A stretch of DNA of 14,083 bases from Gemmatimonadaceae bacterium (GTDB lineage Bacteria; Gemmatimonadota; Gemmatimonadetes; Gemmatimonadales; Gemmatimonadaceae), in the NCBI GenBank assembly GCA_044224875.1, contig JBGAJQ010000045.1:1-14083 (forward strand), in the 5' to 3' direction. Made by a program: the position numbers and the translations under genes. The notes beneath the pieces are model-generated. The model saw nothing but the letters and a program-made list of their open reading frames with translations, had not been told where the DNA came from and did not search any database. Positions 8,721 through 14,083 of this stretch are shown here, one piece after another (position 1 is the stretch's first letter; each line of letters starts with the position of its first letter).

Positions 8721-11156
8721 CTCGGACTTGATCGCGGTCACGGGATTCACCGCGCCCGCCCGGCGAGCCGGAACCCAGATCGCCAGTGCCGACACGCCGA
8801 TCAGCACCAAGGGCACACCGACGAACGTCAGCGGGTCCACCGCCTGACCGCCGATGAGCAACCCTCGCACCAGTCGAGAGGCGCCGAGCGCACCGGCCAG
8901 TCCGATCACCGCTCCAGCACCAACGAGCGTCATGCCTTGTCGCATGACGAGGCCCAAGACCTGACTCTCGGCGGCGCCGATCGCCATACGAATACCAATC
9001 TCCTTCGTGCGCTGGGCAACCGAGTAGGCCATCACACCGTACATCCCTACGGCGGCCAGCAACAACCCAAGAATTCCGAAGATCCCCAGCACGCTGCCCG
9101 TCAGCCGCGCCGGGAGTAGGGCCGTCCCGAGCCACTCGTCCATCGTCCGGACGTCGGCCAGGGGGAGGGCAGGGTCCATAGCGGCGACGACGGATCGCAG
9201 CGTCGGCACGATGGCGGACGGATCGCCCGTCGTGCGGATATTCATCGTCATCTGCGCACTCCATCGTTGCGCTTGCGCGAAGTACATGTAGGCGGTCGGG
9301 TCCTCTCCGAGGCTCTTGTACTTTCCCGTCGGCACGACTCCAAGGATGGTGTGCTCGCGCCGGCCCACCTTGAGCGTCCGACCAACGGCGTCCACACCCT
9401 TGTAGAACCGCTGGGCAAAGCGTTCGTTCACGACGAGTCCTCGCGGCGCGAGGGAGTCGTCCTGCACGGTGAAGCCGCGGCCCCGCAGGATCGGAATGCG
9501 CATGGCGTCGAAATAGCCTGGCGCCACGGTCGCGTAGAGGACGCTCATGGGTTCGTTCGGTGCCGCCGTGTATCCGGGGATCTCCACATACGTGTCGGAG
9601 CTGCCGAGGCCCAACGGGACCTGATCCACCAGCCCGACCGCTTTCACGTTCGGGATCGCTTGGACACGATCGAGCAGCTGGCGATAGAATTGTTCGGTTC
9701 GCGGGCGATCGTAGCCCTGCAGCTCCGGATTGACCGAGGCCAGCAACACGTTTGAGCTGTCGAAGCCCTTGTCGACGGTCGTGGCCTCGCGGAGGTTGCG
9801 CAGGAAGAGGGACGCGCTCACCAGCAGAATGAGCGACAGGGCCATCTGCGCCACCACCAGCCCGCGACTCATGCGCGAGCGTCCCCCACCGGCCGGCGCC
9901 TCCCCCTTGAGCGTGGGGACGAGTGATGGACGCGTGGCCTGAAGGGCCGGTGCGAGCCCAAACAGGACGCCCGTTACCAGGGTGATCGCCAGCGTGAACA
10001 GCAGGACCGCCGGCGACAACCGGACATCGGGGGTGAAGTCGATGTCGAAGGGGAGAGAGACCCCGTTCAACAGCGTGATGGCGCCCCACGCCACGAACAA
10101 GCCGATCGCTCCCGCAATGAGGGAGAAAATCACGCTCTCGGTCATCAACTGGCGAATGAGCACGCCACGTGTCGCGCCTAGGCTTTGACGCACGGCCATT
10201 TCGCGCCACCGGTCCCGAGCCCTCGCGAGGAAGAGGTTCGCCACGTTCACGCAGGCGATGAGCAGCAGCATCAACACGACGGCCATCACCACGCCCGACA
10301 GTCCAACCTGCGCCTGACGCATGGTCGGGTGAATGCCCGCGTCCTGCTGTCGCAGCATGGTGATGCCGGTGTTCTCGTAGTTGTCCGGCATCTCCTGTTG
10401 AAGCTGGGCTTCGACGGCCTTGATGCGGCTTTGCGCCTGCTCGTAGCGGATTCCGGGCTTCAATCGTGCCACGACGTTCATGAAGTTGTTGCCGCGATAC
10501 TCCAGTGCACCGCGCGATTCCGGGCGAATCTGGTCGACTTGCACCAGCGGCACCCACATCGCCGGTGTCACCAGCGGGAGTGGGCCCCGGAACGATGCCG
10601 GTGCCACGCCGACGATGGTGTACGGAGCGCCGTTCAGCGTCAGGCTCTTCCCGACAATCGCTGGGTCCCCACCAAAGCGACCCTTCCACATGGCGTTGGA
10701 GATGACGGCCACGGCGTGGCCGCCAGCCCCGCTATCCTCCTCTGCCACAAACATCCGTCCGCGCTCCGCGCTCACACCGAGTACGGAGAACAGGTTGGCC
10801 GAGACCATCTCACCCATCAACAGCTCGGAGCGTCCATCGGCGGACACACTGAGCGGTACGAAGGCCCAGGTGGCCACGTCGCTGAAGATGTCCTTGGTGC
10901 GCTCCTGCAGGTCGCGCCAGCCCGGCGGACTGTTTGAGCCGTACTCCATGCCAGGATGCTTCTTGTAGAGCTGCACGAGCCGGTCCGGTTCATACGTGCC
11001 CGGGAGCGGACGCAGAAGGAGCGCGTCGATCGTCGAGAAGACGGCGGTGTTGAGGCCAATCCCAAGGGCCAGCGTAACGATCGCGATCGTGGTGAAGAGC
11101 GGATTCTTCGTCAGCAGACGAGAGGCGATCTTCAGGTCGTGGCGGAGCGCTGACAT
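8718..11156 (-). CDS. ADOP-family duplicated ABC permease, without N-terminal prefix domain (812 aa)
   Basis: Start moved from 11534 to ATG 11156 (MSALRHDLKIASRLLTKNPLFT). Motifs: TLALGIGLNTAVFS, LLLRPLP, LLLIACVNVANLFLARA..R.REMAVRQSLGA, LVVAQMALSLILL, YSVAQRTKEIGIRMAIGA and PARRAGAVNPV.AIKSE. Confidence 0.95.
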   Translation of the reverse strand: MSALRHDLKIASRLLTKNPLFTTIAIVTLALGIGLNTAVFSTIDALLLRPLPGTYEPDRLVQLYKKHPGMEYGSNSPPGWRDLQERTKDIFSDVATWAFVPLSVSADGRSELLMGEMVSANLFSVLGVSAERGRMFVAEEDSGAGGHAVAVISNAMWKGRFGGDPAIVGKSLTLNGAPYTIVGVAPASFRGPLPLVTPAMWVPLVQVDQIRPESRGALEYRGNNFMNVVARLKPGIRYEQAQSRIKAVEAQLQQEMPDNYENTGITMLRQQDAGIHPTMRQAQVGLSGVVMAVVLMLLLIACVNVANLFLARARDRWREMAVRQSLGATRGVLIRQLMTESVIFSLIAGAIGLFVAWGAITLLNGVSLPFDIDFTPDVRLSPAVLLFTLAITLVTGVLFGLAPALQATRPSLVPTLKGEAPAGGGRSRMSRGLVVAQMALSLILLVSASLFLRNLREATTVDKGFDSSNVLLASVNPELQGYDRPRTEQFYRQLLDRVQAIPNVKAVGLVDQVPLGLGSSDTYVEIPGYTAAPNEPMSVLYATVAPGYFDAMRIPILRGRGFTVQDDSLAPRGLVVNERFAQRFYKGVDAVGRTLKVGRREHTILGVVPTGKYKSLGEDPTAYMYFAQAQRWSAQMTMNIRTTGDPSAIVPTLRSVVAAMDPALPLADVRTMDEWLGTALLPARLTGSVLGIFGILGLLLAAVGMYGVMAYSVAQRTKEIGIRMAIGAAESQVLGLVMRQGMTLVGAGAVIGLAGALGASRLVRGLLIGGQAVDPLTFVGVPLVLIGVSALAIWVPARRAGAVNPVTAIKSE

Positions 11157-11287
11157 GGCGGTCGTGGTGAGGGAAGCGCCGATGCGGCGGGAGGTGGCGT
11201 GTAAAGCGTCAAGGACACGCGTCACGAGCGACCCGAGCGGTCTCCTTCGCCTACGAACCGCCCGGCTCTGGGTTTCAGCGCCTTTGC

Positions 11288-13213
11288 TTACCCTCGCGCG
11301 ACGAAGTCCAGTCCGAACTCGGCCGGCTCCAGCATCCGTTCCATGAGGGCCTGTCGAGCCGGATCGAGCGCCAAAGCGTCCAGGTCCTTCAGCGATTGGT
11401 GCGACGTGAGCCACCCGACCAGGCGCTCGACCTCGTTGGCGAGGTCCGCGTCCATTTGGGCGTCGCCGTTCGCGTGGACCCGGTTCATGGCCTGGTCGCG
11501 CGCCTGCGTCGCGGCTGCCACGAGCTGTGCCCATTGGGGATCGCCGTCGGATGGTCCGGAGCCATTCAGTTGTTTCACCTGACGGTAGGTCTGAAGGTAC
11601 CGCTCCATGAACGACCGATGCTCCTCCTTATGCCGCATGTCGTTGAAGAAGTTGCGTCGTGTAGCGGAGAGCCACCGCGCCCGATCCGCTGGGCTCATGC
11701 TGCCGCTGGCCAACACGAACGCGAACGGGAACACGAAGTAGTTGAACTCGCGGTTGACCTTGGCGATCAGTGCACGGACACCCGGCACGGCGTACTCCCC
11801 TCGCAAGCGATACTTGAACGCGTTGTTCGGAAAGGCATAGTAGAAGAGGAGGTCCTGCACCGTGCGACAGTCGCTGACCTTGTAGTCGATGCCTAACAAG
11901 CGTGCAATCTCGTCCGTGTAGAACCCATAGTACACCAGGTGCTCGTAGCGGCGTACGCGATCGTAGACGTAGTAGTGCGCGTTGTACGCCGCGATGCGCT
12001 GCGGCAGGTTCTGGTGAATTTCACGGTGAAAATCCGGCTGTGTGACGAGCTTGTGAACGAACAGGCCCTGCATTTCGATGATGTTGGCCAAGCCGCCAGT
12101 GTACGGCCGCGTAAAGCCCATGAGATAGACGTTCCGCAGGGACTGCGGGATGACGCCCATGAAGGCCTCACGCTGGACGTACTGGTACGGACGCGCCCCT
12201 CCCGCCAGGATGAGCGGCAGTCGGGGCGTCTCGGCATCTCCCTGGACATACAGGTCAAACTCGCGCTCGACCCCCGCATACGTGATCGTCTGCTTGTCGA
12301 GGTCGAGTGGCGTGTCCTTGGGCACCACGATCGCCTTGCCGGTATGCAGCCACATGGCGATGTCGTTCAACAGGTACCCGTTCGTGATCGCACGGGGAAG
12401 GTCGGCACCGAACCGTCGCGCGTATTCATCGACAGGCCAGTACTTGATGGCCACGGCGCCATTCACCGGGCGTGAGCGGCTACGATTGTACGACTCATCG
12501 CGCACGCTGTCCGGGAACTGGTCGCCGAGCAGGTATGGGTTGTCCGAGCCCAGGTGCGCGCCGTAGATGATGTCGGCGTAGTGCTCGTGCGAGACGTATC
12601 GGTAGTTGTGGAATTCCAGCTGGTCCAGGGTGTAGGTCGTGCCTAACGAAGGAACGACCTTGTCGCGCGCATGGAAGCCGTTGGTGCGTATGATGACCTT
12701 GACGTTGTTCGGGATGAGCTGGGCAATGATGAGGTTCGCGGAGTCGCCCATCGTGTCGAACACCGCGGTCTTGGCCGGGGCACGGTAGTCGATCGACTTC
12801 AGATCCTTGATGATGGCACGGCCAAATCCGGTCGAGAACACGACGTGCCGCGCCTTGATCTGCTGTCCCGCGCGCGTGAAGAGCACGGAGTGGTGGTCGT
12901 AGTTCTCCACTCGCGTCACCTCGTCCATCACCAGCTTGTTCTTGTAGACGCCCCGCCACTTCAGGTGCGTGCCGTAGAACTCGCGCGCCGTGGGGTAGCC
13001 GTCCCGCTCGAACATGTCCGTCAGGTCAAACGAATAGAAACTCGTCAGGTAACTGGAGACGAGGTCGAAGTCCAGTCGCTCGGTCTGGCTCAGGCCGTCC
13101 CAGACGCTGTTCTCCTCCGCGGTGATGATCACGAACGGCGTGCCGGTCCGCTCCAACTCCCGGATCAGTGGGACGGCGGTGAATCCAAAGCCTACGATGG
13201 CGACGTCGATCAT
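11288..13213 (-). CDS. AetF/JamD-like single-component flavin-dependent halogenase (FMO-like class B flavoprotein fold), 641 aa
   Basis: ATG 13213 gives the N-terminal FAD-binding motif MIDVAIVGFGFTA. Also present: FSTGF, a degenerate second dinucleotide motif FDTMGDSAN, and FMO-like YLMGFTRPYTGGLANIIEMQ. Long blocks match cyanobacterial AetF as I recall it: TSFYSFDL, TLDQLE, AIKYWP, GYLLNDIAMWLHTGK, DLLFYYAFPNNAFKYRL, FNDMRHKE. The family call is from memory, not a database search. Confidence 0.88.
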   Translation of the reverse strand: MIDVAIVGFGFTAVPLIRELERTGTPFVIITAEENSVWDGLSQTERLDFDLVSSYLTSFYSFDLTDMFERDGYPTAREFYGTHLKWRGVYKNKLVMDEVTRVENYDHHSVLFTRAGQQIKARHVVFSTGFGRAIIKDLKSIDYRAPAKTAVFDTMGDSANLIIAQLIPNNVKVIIRTNGFHARDKVVPSLGTTYTLDQLEFHNYRYVSHEHYADIIYGAHLGSDNPYLLGDQFPDSVRDESYNRSRSRPVNGAVAIKYWPVDEYARRFGADLPRAITNGYLLNDIAMWLHTGKAIVVPKDTPLDLDKQTITYAGVEREFDLYVQGDAETPRLPLILAGGARPYQYVQREAFMGVIPQSLRNVYLMGFTRPYTGGLANIIEMQGLFVHKLVTQPDFHREIHQNLPQRIAAYNAHYYVYDRVRRYEHLVYYGFYTDEIARLLGIDYKVSDCRTVQDLLFYYAFPNNAFKYRLRGEYAVPGVRALIAKVNREFNYFVFPFAFVLASGSMSPADRARWLSATRRNFFNDMRHKEEHRSFMERYLQTYRQVKQLNGSGPSDGDPQWAQLVAAATQARDQAMNRVHANGDAQMDADLANEVERLVGWLTSHQSLKDLDALALDPARQALMERMLEPAEFGLDFVARG

Positions 13214-13488
13214 GGGGTCGTTCCGAATGGGGCGGCAAATTGAGGTCGGCAAACTTGGCGTGGGAGCCCCTATCATGCAAAGAACGGGCTACGGAGACCG
13301 ACGCCAAACCGGCCGAACGCTGGGCGTCCAAGCGCGAGCACGCCGGGTGGGGCGCAACTCGACGGATGAGCGATTCCGTCACTTCCTGTCGCCGAAGTGC
13401 AGGTCCGGGTGCGGATTCGACGGGGTGCGAGTCCCGCGCATCCCTCGGATCGCGCCTCTGACCCCCCGCCTCGAGGGCATCTGCGGTT

Positions 13489-13509
13489 GCTGGCGGGTGC
13501 GTGCCCGCC
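13489..13509. repeat. Second copy of the short palindromic element at 8691-8712
   Basis: GCTGGCGGGTGCG-TGCCCGCC here versus GCTGGCGGGCGCGATGCCCGCC at 8691-8712: one substitution and one 1-nt gap. Both are intergenic and both fold into hairpins. Confidence 0.5.
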
Positions 13510-13662
13510 GCAGTAATGTCTCGCACCGCGGAACGGCTCGGAACGCTAGCCTGGACGCATGCCGGGCCGCGAAATGTGTATGCTGTTGTAGGTGGAGCCA
13601 GAGAGACGGGGGCCACCCATTTGACTCCCGAGCCGATGCCACCCTTGCCACGCGCAGGACTC

Positions 13663-14083
13663 ATGCCCACCCCCCCGCGACGCTGGCCTCAGTACTACAC
13701 GGTGGTCCTGCTCTGTTTTGCCGCGGTGTTCATCTCGTATCTCGACCGCACGAACATCTCCGTGGCATCGATCGCGATGCAGGACGAGTTCAAGTGGAGC
13801 GAGACCACCAAGGGCTTCGTCCTCTCGTCCTTCTTCATCGGCTACCTGTTGTTGCAGGTGGTCAGCGGAACGCTCGCCAACCGCTTTGGCGGATGGATCG
13901 TCCTTGGCGTCGCGGTGGTCTGGTGGTCACTCTTTACGTTACTGACGCCGCCAGCTGCGATGATGTCGCTCTCCGCGCTCGTGGGAGCGCGAATCGCGCT
14001 GGGACTCGGCGAGGCCGCCGTCTTCCCCTCCGCGATCAACATGGTGGGCCGCTGGGTCCCGCCAGCTCAACGGTCGCGCGCCG
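13663..14083 (+). CDS. MFS transporter, anion:cation symporter (ACS) family, 3' truncated by window edge
   Basis: Not in the ORF track because there is no stop within the window. AGGA precedes ATG 13663 (alternative in-frame ATG at 13636). Translation: MPTPPRRWPQYYTVVLLCFAAVFISYLDRTNISVASIAMQDEFKWSETTKGFVLSSFFIGYLLLQVVSGTLANRFGG...ARIALGLGEAAVFPSAINMVGRWVPPAQRSRA, with ACS hallmarks YLDR.N.S.A and SSFF.GY...Q. Confidence 0.92.
   Translation, partial: MPTPPRRWPQYYTVVLLCFAAVFISYLDRTNISVASIAMQDEFKWSETTKGFVLSSFFIGYLLLQVVSGTLANRFGGWIVLGVAVVWWSLFTLLTPPAAMMSLSALVGARIALGLGEAAVFPSAINMVGRWVPPAQRSRA

Noticed and set aside
8686..10689. 667-aa alternative-frame ORF on the - strand, and other long overlapping ORFs (4934-6007, 7609-8502, 8319-9119, 3709-4392)
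   Set aside because: These are shadow ORFs expected in high-GC coding DNA. They are Arg/Gly/Pro-rich, lack motifs, and overlap well-supported genes.
11157..11534. 126-aa N-terminal extension of the second ADOP overlapping the halogenase 3' end (possible fusion or frameshift)
   Set aside because: The translation is Arg/Gly-rich junk in a different frame. The halogenase ends cleanly at TAA 11288-11290 and the ADOP has a normal start at 11156. No slippery site was seen.
13413..13447. GGATTCGACGGGG..TGCGA..GCAT resembles the conserved 5' part of tmRNA
   Set aside because: There is no GGGG acceptor-stem start at the right distance, no tag reading frame ending in an LAA-like peptide, and no T-arm/CCA 3' end on the same strand. 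The only GGCTCCACC lies on the opposite strand (~13596-13604) without a T-loop. A cmsearch against the Rfam tmRNA model would settle it.
13026..13670. ORFs spanning the divergent intergenic region (214, 73 and 90 aa), considered as possible precursor peptides for the halogenase
   Set aside because: No RBS, leader/core pattern or typical codon bias was seen, and the longest overlaps both flanking genes. A small peptide cannot be entirely excluded without ribosome profiling.

Overview
High-GC bacterial window. The PadR/ADOP pair and planctomycete/acidobacterial-type kinase suggest a Gemmatimonadota- or Acidobacteriota-like host (inference). The + strand carries the 3' end of glpD, a membrane Ser/Thr kinase with TPR repeats, a 4-TM membrane protein, a PadR regulator coupled to a duplicated orphan ABC permease (ADOP), and a secreted GH43 hydrolase. 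The - strand carries a 641-aa flavoprotein followed by a second ADOP permease, and the window ends in a divergent, truncated ACS-type MFS transporter on +. The standout is the flavoprotein: it closely resembles the rare single-component flavin-dependent halogenase AetF (AetF/JamD family, known from cyanobacteria). It keeps the catalytic Glu/Lys pair, appears to have a remodelled substrate region, and has no recognisable biosynthetic genes around it. That resemblance comes from my recollection of the AetF sequence and needs confirming by alignment. Also seen are a clean operator-like palindrome over the padR promoter and a short hairpin repeat present on both sides of the halogenase-permease pair.
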